In this document: piece by piece, positions 55,636-64,000 of the stretch | How the letters are laid out: each line of letters starts with the position of its first letter | Position numbering within the stretch: the stretch's first letter is position 1 | DNA from: an uncultured virus (IMG/VR IMGVR_UViG_3300009152_000002) | Taxonomy: Duplodnaviria > Heunggongvirae > Uroviricota > Caudoviricetes | Strand: one strand, 5' to 3' | DNA length: 64,000 nt | IMG/VR virus record: IMGVR_UViG_3300009152_000002 | The notes under the pieces: generated by a model | Seen by the model: only the letters and a program-made list of their open reading frames with translations | Told to the model about the DNA's origin: nothing | Database searches by the model: none | Translations under genes and position numbers: made by a program

Positions 55636-56409
55636 TTAAAAAGTCCATCCCCAGCCGTCCGCACCACCACTGACAAATAGTCGCGGGTTCATATTAGCAA
55701 AAGAGTAGTGTTGGTTTTTACCTGATGTTGGGCCCTGTGCTGACCAGTGACCGTTAACCAAGTCAAGCGAACCGTAGGGATCTTGCACCAGCCAATACGA
55801 ATCAGAAAAACCCGTAATTACTATGAAATGGCCGCCCCCACTAGGGTTATCAACTGTTCCGTGGTGAAGGATTCCAACAGCAACGGGTTTTCCTTTTTCA
55901 ATTTGATTTTGGATGTCTTTGGGATCCAAATTTATTTTGAAAGCTGCAGTTACGCCAAGGTCAGCTAAAGCCTTGAACTGCGCATCCCGTGTCGTGGTGT
56001 CACCGTGTTTGTTAACGTAACGGAGGTAATCCACGTCATCGTTGATACCTTTGGTGCCAAGGTATTTAAGGCACATTGCAATAGAGCTGGTTTGACATTG
56101 GCGCCAGCCTTCTGGGCCGTTGTCTTGTTGCCAAAAGTACGGAAAATTGCGAAGATATTTTAAGTTGCCGTCAACAGCATACGGTTTGGGTTCTGGGGTT
56201 AATCCAAGCCAATGATCATTGAAGACCCACCAGATACCAAGGGAGCCCATGTCGAGCTTGGTGTGCCCGTCTTTAGCTCCCACTGGAGTACAACCACGAT
56301 AAGTTCTGTTCTGGTAAACCTTGGCCTTCTTGTCGTTATCTAGGGTATGAGAAGCAACTGGTTCTTTTTTGAACCAAGTTTGTTGTTTAGAGGTAATATC
56401 AATTAACAC
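55636..56409 (-). CDS. C39-like peptidase, putative endolysin
   Basis: YFWQQD...CQTSSIAM...GGHFIVITG...DPYG. Confidence 0.8.
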   Translation of the reverse strand: MLIDITSKQQTWFKKEPVASHTLDNDKKAKVYQNRTYRGCTPVGAKDGHTKLDMGSLGIWWVFNDHWLGLTPEPKPYAVDGNLKYLRNFPYFWQQDNGPEGWRQCQTSSIAMCLKYLGTKGINDDVDYLRYVNKHGDTTTRDAQFKALADLGVTAAFKINLDPKDIQNQIEKGKPVAVGILHHGTVDNPSGGGHFIVITGFSDSYWLVQDPYGSLDLVNGHWSAQGPTSGKNQHYSFANMNPRLFVSGGADGWGWTF

Positions 56410-56461
56410 AGGAGTCGAGGCGTGGTATTTTGTTTTTATTTTACCCTAGATTGGCTGACTG

Positions 56462-58429
56462 TCAAAGCGCCGAAATAATAAAGGCCAGTAGTTCTTCGTA
56501 GCGGATGCCGTAACGGTTGCCAGCTGGTGCTATTTCATTGCCATCTTCATCTTGTCTAGCATCCCATTCGTCGTAACAAACAATGCCATAACGCATTGGG
56601 TCTAATCCTTCGACTTCAAAAGCTGTAATAACATCTTGCACAATGATACCAACGTGAATTCGCGCGTCGTTACCTTTGACTTGCACAGCATCCTTAAAGC
56701 GGAACTTTTTAATTAGACCTTTCAAGACTAAGGCTACTCGCTGCTCAGCGTCGTCCAAAATAGAAACGTCTTGTTTGTCCCGACTATCGGATGTGTTGAT
56801 AGTTCCAGTAGCCGCATAAACTACTGACCACCTTTGACTACTAAGACCAAGTGTTGTTACGTTGTCTGCATAGGGGACAACGTAACTTGCAGTTGGCAAC
56901 CCAAGAGTTACAAATGCAGCTCCAAGCTCAAGACCAGTGCCTGTGTTGGTGTCGTTACCATAAATTTTAGTGGTAATAACTCTGTTAAATCTAGCGTATT
57001 GTTGATTATAGGGAGATCCGTTGCTTGCTACTGTAGGAACAAATCCTGAAATTTTAGTAATATCAGTGTATGGAGTTGTAACAGAAGTAAAAGAAAATCC
57101 AGACGAAACAATACTGTCTGCCCTGGTTGCAGCGTCTGTTTTTATTGCATTAGTGTAACGACCAATTGTTGGCCCAGAAATAATAACGCCATTAACTGGA
57201 CCAACATCAAAAGCAGCACCAAAAGCTGAGCTATTTGGACCACCAATAAATCCACCAATTACAGTTAATTGTGTGGCTTCGGTTAATGTGCTTCCAGTAA
57301 GTCCAACACGAAACATTGAACCAGATGTATTTACAGCAGCAGCAGATGGTACGTCTTCAACATAGACATCAAAAAATTCCCACCCATAAACTTGCTTGTC
57401 AAGTTCTACGCCATAGTTTGCAATGCTTTCAAAAACGCAGGAAACAAATCGAATTGCTACGGAACTACCAGTAGCTTTAACACCGATAGGCGCACTAGAA
57501 ATGTAACATTGATGCCAAAGATCAGTAGTGGCCGTGCCTCCAGCGTACAACACACACTGTTCATAACAGTTAATAATACGAAGATAATCAAACTTATTGT
57601 CAACAGTAAAATAAGTTCGAATACCTGTCCTAAATCCTTGAATTGCCAAATAAGCAAAGGTGCTGTCGGTGGCACTATCTACATCAATGGCAATTGTGCT
57701 ATTACCACTAGAGGTGGTTGAGTTACCAAAAATAAAAAATCCTTCAATTCTATAACCACGGCGGTACGGACCCGCAGCTGGGGTACCAGAGCAAACAAAA
57801 AGTGGTTTTGCAGTAGTTGGATTGAAGTTAATTTTAGTGGAAGATATTGGATCAATTCCGTACCCTTTAGCAGCTCTATGCCGCTGCTCACCGTAAATTT
57901 GTGTGAATTCCGGCAGATTAATTGTGTCAGTAATCAAGTACGTGCCAGAGGGAAAAAATATTGCCTTCTTGAGTGAAATTGCAGTTGTAACTGCAGCCTG
58001 AATTGCCAAAGTATCATCCGCCACCCCATCCCCGACAGCCCCAAAATCTTTAACGGAGACGATGTCCCCTACCTTACTTGTAAGCAAACGGGACACAGCA
58101 CCCGTTCCTGTACCCTGGTACGTAATCGAAGAAGAACTGACACCGTTTGCTACATCACCTAAAAATGTACCAAAGAAGCTCAAGCCTGACGCTGGAGCCG
58201 TCGTGAAGATAATTTGACTTCCTGTTGTTGTGTAATCGACGCCAGGGTTTTGGATGATGCCACCAACTGAAACCATCAGCTGCTGTGGCGAACTAGGGAT
58301 AATGTAGTAATTGACGCCGCCAGGGGGTACGCTGAGTTGAAAGGACGTTGCTGTGCCGTTAAAGCCGCTAGAGATATCAGTTAGTTTTCGATATTGGCCT
58401 TTGGCAGGCTGGACGCCGATGTAACCCAT
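56462..58429 (-). CDS. Tail spike: beta-helix with C-terminal intramolecular chaperone
   Basis: VSVKDFGAVGDGVADDT; TSDSRDK...HVGIIVQ...IRYEEL. Confidence 0.85.
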   Translation of the reverse strand: MGYIGVQPAKGQYRKLTDISSGFNGTATSFQLSVPPGGVNYYIIPSSPQQLMVSVGGIIQNPGVDYTTTGSQIIFTTAPASGLSFFGTFLGDVANGVSSSSITYQGTGTGAVSRLLTSKVGDIVSVKDFGAVGDGVADDTLAIQAAVTTAISLKKAIFFPSGTYLITDTINLPEFTQIYGEQRHRAAKGYGIDPISSTKINFNPTTAKPLFVCSGTPAAGPYRRGYRIEGFFIFGNSTTSSGNSTIAIDVDSATDSTFAYLAIQGFRTGIRTYFTVDNKFDYLRIINCYEQCVLYAGGTATTDLWHQCYISSAPIGVKATGSSVAIRFVSCVFESIANYGVELDKQVYGWEFFDVYVEDVPSAAAVNTSGSMFRVGLTGSTLTEATQLTVIGGFIGGPNSSAFGAAFDVGPVNGVIISGPTIGRYTNAIKTDAATRADSIVSSGFSFTSVTTPYTDITKISGFVPTVASNGSPYNQQYARFNRVITTKIYGNDTNTGTGLELGAAFVTLGLPTASYVVPYADNVTTLGLSSQRWSVVYAATGTINTSDSRDKQDVSILDDAEQRVALVLKGLIKKFRFKDAVQVKGNDARIHVGIIVQDVITAFEVEGLDPMRYGIVCYDEWDARQDEDGNEIAPAGNRYGIRYEELLAFIISAL

Positions 58430-58523
58430 GTTTCTACGGTACTACTGGTGATTCTATTCTACCTTAGATTGGCTGGATGGTCCGTTAGGGTGTTGCAATT
58501 TTAATCAGAGCGGTTGTTTTTTC

Positions 58524-60842
58524 TTAGGATACAAGTTTTTGCGTAAGAATTGCCCAGTACCCAGTACTTGGAGTGGTGCCACCGCTTTGGGTCAACGTAA
58601 ATGTTAACACTCTTGTCGTGATATCAAAGGAAGCTGTTAATGTTGCCGACCCAACAGTTGGAGAACCTGTTGAGGTAACTGTTGCACCAAGTTGCGAAAC
58701 ACCATTTGCATCAAACGTAATATCTGCACTAGCTTGAAGCAGAAACGTTCCATAAACCTGATGGTTGCCATCATTAACAACAATTCGCGCTGTAATTAAA
58801 TATGTACCAAAACCGAGAAGTGTTGTTGTTGCTGTGTGCACAACAGGTGATCCAGCACCAGTAGTAGTTAAAGATGCGGAGTAACGTTCATCAGCATTTC
58901 CAAGCAAAATTACACTGCCATCAATTATCCTGTTATTAAGTGAAAATGCTGTACCACTTCCGGTAGAAGTATAGTAAGCAGTTGGTACGGACCCATTTAC
59001 AATATTATCAGTATAGGTATGACTAGTGTTAACTTGGGCTGTCACAAGTGCTGGAAGCACAGTAGCCGCTGAAATAGTATTTCCCTTAACGGTAGCACTG
59101 TCATGAAATATGTTTAATGCTCCTTCCGGACCACTCTCCATTTCATTGCCAATAAGTGTAACACGTTGATTACCATTTGACGCAACTGTGGCATTAGGAA
59201 TGTAAGAAAGATACATGTCCTCCAACTTCTTAAAAGTATTGCCAGTAATTACAGCACCCATGTATTGCACAAAAATACCACAAGCAGAAAACAGGAATGT
59301 ATTCCCTGTAATTGCAAGTGAAGTCGCAGTATTACTAGCAACAGAAACAAAAATACCTACTGGACAAGACAATAAATTATCAGCAATTTTGCCATTTCTC
59401 CACGAAGTGGTTGCACTAGCTGATACACCAATTCCCACTGAGTAACAAGTATTTCTAAATGTAATTGAATTACTTGAAACATCCACATTGACGTGGGTTT
59501 CGGGAAGTTCAATTCCATACCTAGGCCAGCCACTTGCAATCGTAATTGCATTGCCCGTAATCACAGAGTTAGTTCCGCTCTGAAGGGAAATGCCAGCAAT
59601 TTCTGCATTAAAAACATTATTGGTAATGATTGTTTGCAATCCGGTTTGAGTTGTAGCCTCAAAAGCCCAGTTTGCTCCATAGCAGATGTTATCTTTAACA
59701 ATAAGATTACTTGCTTGGTATCCACCAATACACTTGTGCCTTAAGAATTTCAAGTTGTATAAATTACCATTGGTATGCAATTGCCGAAGATCAATAAAGT
59801 TTCCGCAAATGGTTATGTTTGATGAATTTGTAGGTCCAAATCCACTCCAGCAGCGCCGAATCTTGTTATTAAGTATTTGACAATCAGAGGACGATGCTAT
59901 TGAAATAGGTCCCCTACCCATGTATCGAAATTCACAATTTTGAATTAAGGCATTGGTACAGTTGCCAAGTTGCCAGTGAGTTGCAGCAGTGAATCCTGTA
60001 TCAAGATTTTGAGTTGCAGCATCGTTGGCAAGTTTGAAAAACTGAAGCTGATCTGTTTGAAATACTGTATATTGTGGATTAACGGTTGGACTTTTTGTAG
60101 TGCGCCTTAGAGTAACACGAATTTTGATTTTAGCGGTTCCAGTCAAACAAAGGTTTTCACCACTACTTGCTGGGTCGTAAAGACCAAGATAAACATTTGA
60201 AGCATCATATCGCAGTATTGTTACTTCGCCAAAATTGGCATATTGTCCAAAAACTGTTCCAGCATGAACAACATATCTATCTGTTGCATTTAGCGTGATA
60301 AAGCTACTTTGGATTGAACGGCGTGTTGTTCCGGTCAGGGAAGCAAGAGAAAGAGACCAATACGACCCTACTTGAGTATGGGTAAAATCTGCGCCAGCAT
60401 AAACCGCATCAGACCCATCAAGGTATTCTGGTGTATCAAAAGCTGTTTTTACTGTTGCAGAGCTGATTCCATCTGTGTATTGAGCAGCAGAAAACGGTCC
60501 TTCAAATACAATGCCTTCTACATCAACAGGGATAGCACTTGCAACCAGTAAATCTGTTTCTCCAAATTTAATGACAGCCCCACCAGTAGAAAACCAGCGC
60601 ATTGCTGCAGGAGACACTGTGCCTACAACCTTGTAAGTTCCTTCTGGAAATTGAACATATTTTCCGGTATTAGAAGCTGCAAGAATTGCCGCAGTGTCGT
60701 CCGCCACGCCATTTCCTGTGGCTCCAAAATCTTTAATGGATACTGCGTCTTTAAGCTTAGATGGGATTGTTCTAGAAACAGCGCCAACGCCATCAGGTAA
60801 AAAAACCTGATCAGTTGCTAAATCATTACCGATGTAAGACAT
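58524..60842 (-). CDS. Tail spike with a parallel beta-helix
   Basis: VSIKDFGATGNGVADDT; repeated ITGN/ISSN turns. Confidence 0.8.
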   Translation of the reverse strand: MSYIGNDLATDQVFLPDGVGAVSRTIPSKLKDAVSIKDFGATGNGVADDTAAILAASNTGKYVQFPEGTYKVVGTVSPAAMRWFSTGGAVIKFGETDLLVASAIPVDVEGIVFEGPFSAAQYTDGISSATVKTAFDTPEYLDGSDAVYAGADFTHTQVGSYWSLSLASLTGTTRRSIQSSFITLNATDRYVVHAGTVFGQYANFGEVTILRYDASNVYLGLYDPASSGENLCLTGTAKIKIRVTLRRTTKSPTVNPQYTVFQTDQLQFFKLANDAATQNLDTGFTAATHWQLGNCTNALIQNCEFRYMGRGPISIASSSDCQILNNKIRRCWSGFGPTNSSNITICGNFIDLRQLHTNGNLYNLKFLRHKCIGGYQASNLIVKDNICYGANWAFEATTQTGLQTIITNNVFNAEIAGISLQSGTNSVITGNAITIASGWPRYGIELPETHVNVDVSSNSITFRNTCYSVGIGVSASATTSWRNGKIADNLLSCPVGIFVSVASNTATSLAITGNTFLFSACGIFVQYMGAVITGNTFKKLEDMYLSYIPNATVASNGNQRVTLIGNEMESGPEGALNIFHDSATVKGNTISAATVLPALVTAQVNTSHTYTDNIVNGSVPTAYYTSTGSGTAFSLNNRIIDGSVILLGNADERYSASLTTTGAGSPVVHTATTTLLGFGTYLITARIVVNDGNHQVYGTFLLQASADITFDANGVSQLGATVTSTGSPTVGSATLTASFDITTRVLTFTLTQSGGTTPSTGYWAILTQKLVS

Positions 60843-60851
60843 TGTTTCTCC

Positions 60852-61196
60852 TTAGCTTTGTGCAAGATAACTAATTGTAATGTCTAATGCTGAAGCCGTA
60901 TCGGAACTTGCTCTGATAACATCTGTAGCTATTAAGACAATGCGGCTACCTTGAATCATTTCAAGGGCAGAACCAGATGGCACTGGAGCACCCCTTAACA
61001 AATAAGTATCGTCTCCAGAGCCTGTAACCAGGTAAACATCGGCATTAGCGTTACTCCCGCTTTTATTTGAAATCAGGACACTAATTAAAATAAGAGACGT
61101 TGCTGCACCAGCACTAAGAACGTTGGTTGTCGGGTCAGAAGTGACATTCCCGGTTGTCAGACTAGATTTGGTGGTTCTGCTAAATGTGTTTGCCAT
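60852..61196 (-). CDS. Tail-associated structural protein
   Basis: MANTF... small beta protein typical of cyanophage tail modules. Confidence 0.65.
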   Translation of the reverse strand: MANTFSRTTKSSLTTGNVTSDPTTNVLSAGAATSLILISVLISNKSGSNANADVYLVTGSGDDTYLLRGAPVPSGSALEMIQGSRIVLIATDVIRASSDTASALDITISYLAQS

Positions 61197-61197
61197 A

Positions 61198-61584
61198 TCA
61201 ACCTAGCGCAACAATAAGGGCAATAATAGAAGAGGAATCAAGTGTCCCGGTAACAGTAACATTACCTGAGAACGTAGCATTACCAGATGAATCCATTGTA
61301 AGTCCTGCAATGCCATTTGAGACCAGGGCAACAGAGCCTTGGCTTGGGCTGTAAATACCTGTGTTGACTGAGTTTGCAAATTTAAGAGCGCAACTGCCAA
61401 GCGACCCTGGGGACAAACGGGCGTTAACACCGTCTTCTCTTAGCAGCGGGTAGCCACCAAGCTGGATGTTATCGTGAACAACAAGCGTATTTTTAGTGGT
61501 ATCAACAGTGGTTTCACCAGCCGCGCCGGTAAAACTTCCAGTATCTGCTGTCGTGCCCCGCCTAAGTTGTACCTGAGTTGCCAT
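61198..61584 (-). CDS. Tail fibre-associated protein
   Basis: QVQLRRGTT...FTGAAGE.TVDT.KNTLVVHD. Confidence 0.7.
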   Translation of the reverse strand: MATQVQLRRGTTADTGSFTGAAGETTVDTTKNTLVVHDNIQLGGYPLLREDGVNARLSPGSLGSCALKFANSVNTGIYSPSQGSVALVSNGIAGLTMDSSGNATFSGNVTVTGTLDSSSIIALIVALG

Positions 61585-61651
61585 GGCGCACTAAGTTTCC
61601 TTTATTTTAAGCTGTTGCATCTTTTATAATAGTAAAAAGACAACAAGACTT

Positions 61652-61918
61652 GTGATTGGAATCGACCCGAGCAGCGTCACTGCTGCCGTAACCTTCGGTG
61701 TTGCTGCTTTCGCAGGCATAGGCAAAGCTTTAAATAATTTCAACGACAAAGTAAATAAGAGGTTCAAGGCCGTTGAAGATGAAATCAGTGACCTAGAAAC
61801 CAGTGTGATTAGGGACTACGTTCTTAAGCAAGATTTTCTTCGTGAAATGCAAGCAGTGCACCATAAACTAGATCGGATTTGGGATTACATGGTGCACCAC
61901 AAAAACTCAGAAAATTGA
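61652..61918 (+). CDS. Holin-like membrane protein
   Basis: N-terminal TM helix, then YVLKQDF...KLDRI. Confidence 0.55.
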   Translation: MIGIDPSSVTAAVTFGVAAFAGIGKALNNFNDKVNKRFKAVEDEISDLETSVIRDYVLKQDFLREMQAVHHKLDRIWDYMVHHKNSEN

Positions 61919-61955
61919 GCCCAACAGAGTTGTTTGCTGAATTTTAAGTTAAAAA

Positions 61956-63560
61956 TTAAGTAATTTCAAGAACTGTAACTCGGTTCTTAAGTATAGCAAT
62001 TTCAGTCAATATTTCTTGAAGTGCTTTGGTCAACACGGGCACTATCTTGGCATTATCTACAGCCCAAGCATCTTGTACCTCTTCGCCATCGTCACCCTTT
62101 TTGACTGCATCGGGGACCACCTGATGCAGTTCTTGTGCAATAAAACCATAATTAACCGTATAACCTGTTTCAGTCCAGGTGTAAGAACGAACCTGAATAG
62201 AAGAAAGAAGGTTAAGTGCGCTTGGTGCCGGTTGAATTGCGGACTTAAGGCGTTGATCAGATGTTATATTGTACCGAAGTTGACCAGCAGCACGATTGTA
62301 GTCGATTGTGCCTCTGCTGGAAAACCCTGCTTCTGTTCCAAAATTAACAAAAACATTGTCCCCAGTTGTTGCAGCATTGAGCAAAGCAATTACATCAGAA
62401 CCCGTAGTAGTGGTTTTAAAAAATGCAGCATTAGCTGCTACTTCAACTTGCAACGGACAAGCTACTCCAAGAATGGGTGCATTGGTCCCAACCAAGAGCC
62501 GCCCGGAGGAGTCAATAAATACTCTTCCAGTACTATTTGTAGCCAAAGCAACCGTATTAGCCGCACTTAGATAAATTCCATTGGTCGGCACAGTCGCACT
62601 AGTTGGAATAAAACTAGCCGCAGTACTAATGCCAGTAGTTGTAACGTTTTGCGAACCAAAATTAGGACTAATTTTTGTACCAACAATAGCTGCACTAGCA
62701 TTTACATCAGCATCAAGAATAGTTCCGTCAAGGATCATGGTGCTGGTAACTGTTCCAGTATCACCTGTAGTTACAACAGTTCCTGTTACGGCAGGAAGCG
62801 TTAATGTTCCCGATGCGGTTGTAGAAGCAAGAAGCGTTGTAGTCCCTGAAGTGGACCCACTGAACCTAACTCCAGTAGTTCCAAAAGTTGGAAGAGTGGA
62901 AAGTACAACAGTAGATCCGGTGCCTGTAGTACTGGCAAGCATTGTTGCCGTAACTGTTCCAGTATCGCCAGACCCTACCAAGGTTCCCGCCAAGGTGGGG
63001 AACGTAACGTTGACTGCCCCGCCTTGAATTAAAGACGTTTGACCAACCTTCGTTACTGCAGTCGGCAGTTGAACGGTTCCAGTTGAAGAACCAATCGTAA
63101 TAGTTTTTGTATTAGCACCTGTACCGATACTGACCGCTCCAGTAGTGCCAGAATCAATAGTAACGATCCCGGTAGTACCAGAAGTCAAAGAAAGATTAGA
63201 AGCAGCCGCAGTTGTCAGGCTGATCGCACCTGAGCCTGTAATATTTCCTACAGAAGTAAGGTTTCCTGTTACGTTTGCACTTCCGTTAAAGGACTGGCCC
63301 CACAGGGTTCTGGAAGTGGTTAACGTAGCAGCAGAGCCGTCAATACTTGTAATGCCCGTAAGCGCTTGCGCAGCCGAAGCGCGATTCAAAGCAATCGCAG
63401 TGGTACCGACGTAAGTAGAGGAACTAGCTAACGGCCTTAAGAAAACATCCGAATCAACACTGGTAAGAGCGTTGATTAGCCGCGTTACGTCATGAGCTAA
63501 CGTATTGGTTCCGTTTGGTAATTCGTATCCTTGGTGGATCGTTACGTTATCAATCGACAT
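61956..63560 (-). CDS. Tail fibre with C-terminal intramolecular chaperone
   Basis: Thr/Gly-rich; TSDQRLK...GFIAQEL...LTKALQE. Confidence 0.85.
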   Translation of the reverse strand: MSIDNVTIHQGYELPNGTNTLAHDVTRLINALTSVDSDVFLRPLASSSTYVGTTAIALNRASAAQALTGITSIDGSAATLTTSRTLWGQSFNGSANVTGNLTSVGNITGSGAISLTTAAASNLSLTSGTTGIVTIDSGTTGAVSIGTGANTKTITIGSSTGTVQLPTAVTKVGQTSLIQGGAVNVTFPTLAGTLVGSGDTGTVTATMLASTTGTGSTVVLSTLPTFGTTGVRFSGSTSGTTTLLASTTASGTLTLPAVTGTVVTTGDTGTVTSTMILDGTILDADVNASAAIVGTKISPNFGSQNVTTTGISTAASFIPTSATVPTNGIYLSAANTVALATNSTGRVFIDSSGRLLVGTNAPILGVACPLQVEVAANAAFFKTTTTGSDVIALLNAATTGDNVFVNFGTEAGFSSRGTIDYNRAAGQLRYNITSDQRLKSAIQPAPSALNLLSSIQVRSYTWTETGYTVNYGFIAQELHQVVPDAVKKGDDGEEVQDAWAVDNAKIVPVLTKALQEILTEIAILKNRVTVLEIT

Positions 63561-63599
63561 AATACAGTTCCCTTAAAGTTTATTTTACTGCAGACATTA

Positions 63600-64000
63600 T
63601 CACACTGCAGGTAACCACGTGGTGGTTGCTAGGTCATAAACATAAAGCTTAGAAAGCGTTTTGTCATAATGAAGTTGACCATCGACAGGATTAAGAGGTT
63701 TTCCTGCGCTGATAGACGCCACAGCTTTTGGTGTTTGCCACGCAGACCCGTCATAAATTTTTAAGATTTGAGTGCTGGCCGTATCTAACCAGGATTCACC
63801 CTTGGATAAAGAGGTGTAGCCTGTGGGCGACAGGTTCGGAGCGGTGCTACCGATAAACGTGGGGCCGATCTTAATCAGCGTCGCGTTGGCGCTATCCGCA
63901 AAGTAAAGGCCAGGATCACCTGCATTGGCGTTCAAGGCGATCTCACCAACACCTAAGCGAGTCGGTAAGGGGCGGTCATAAAGAAGGGTGGAGCGGCGAC
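63600..64000 (-). CDS. Tail-associated protein, partial (start outside the window)
   Basis: Frame open to the window end; GEIALN...GLYFAD...GESWLD. Confidence 0.6.
   Translation of the reverse strand, partial: RRSTLLYDRPLPTRLGVGEIALNANAGDPGLYFADSANATLIKIGPTFIGSTAPNLSPTGYTSLSKGESWLDTASTQILKIYDGSAWQTPKAVASISAGKPLNPVDGQLHYDKTLSKLYVYDLATTTWLPAV

Noticed and set aside
62016..63414. Plus-strand Val/Pro-rich ORFs
   Set aside because: They are antisense shadows of the Thr/Gly-rich tail fibre.
1..64000. Diversity-generating retroelement, retron, integrase or PurZ-type base-substitution system
   Set aside because: No reverse transcriptase, TR/VR pair, recombinase or PurZ motif was recognised in this window.

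Overview
This window is a 64-kb segment of a tailed dsDNA cyanophage, probably infecting a freshwater picocyanobacterium. The host inference rests on nblA, thyX, speD, dps and a 2OG-Fe(II) oxygenase; gene content recalls S-EIV1-like phages, which is not verified here. Layout: (1) 1-2907, the start of a large minus-strand ORF running off the window. (2) ~3200-19800, a long plus-strand array of small genes. The first of these are separated by structured RNA elements: a complete type II hammerhead ribozyme, three covarying tRNA-like three-way-junction repeats and repeated hairpin pairs. Later genes are built from shuffled peptide modules joined by a recurrent stop/start sequence. (3) ~19800-38500, nucleotide metabolism and replication: ThyX, a pseudoknotted ncRNA, an intein-containing family A DNA polymerase, dCMP deaminase, SSB, an anticodon-less tRNA-like element, SpeD, an exonuclease and a PrimPol/D5 primase-helicase. 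(4) ~38600-64000, mostly minus-strand virion, tail-fibre, lysis and auxiliary genes, plus a ~240-bp inverted repeat and tRNA-Leu(TAA). No integrase, CRISPR array or reverse transcriptase was seen. All family calls come from motif recognition by eye, not database searches.
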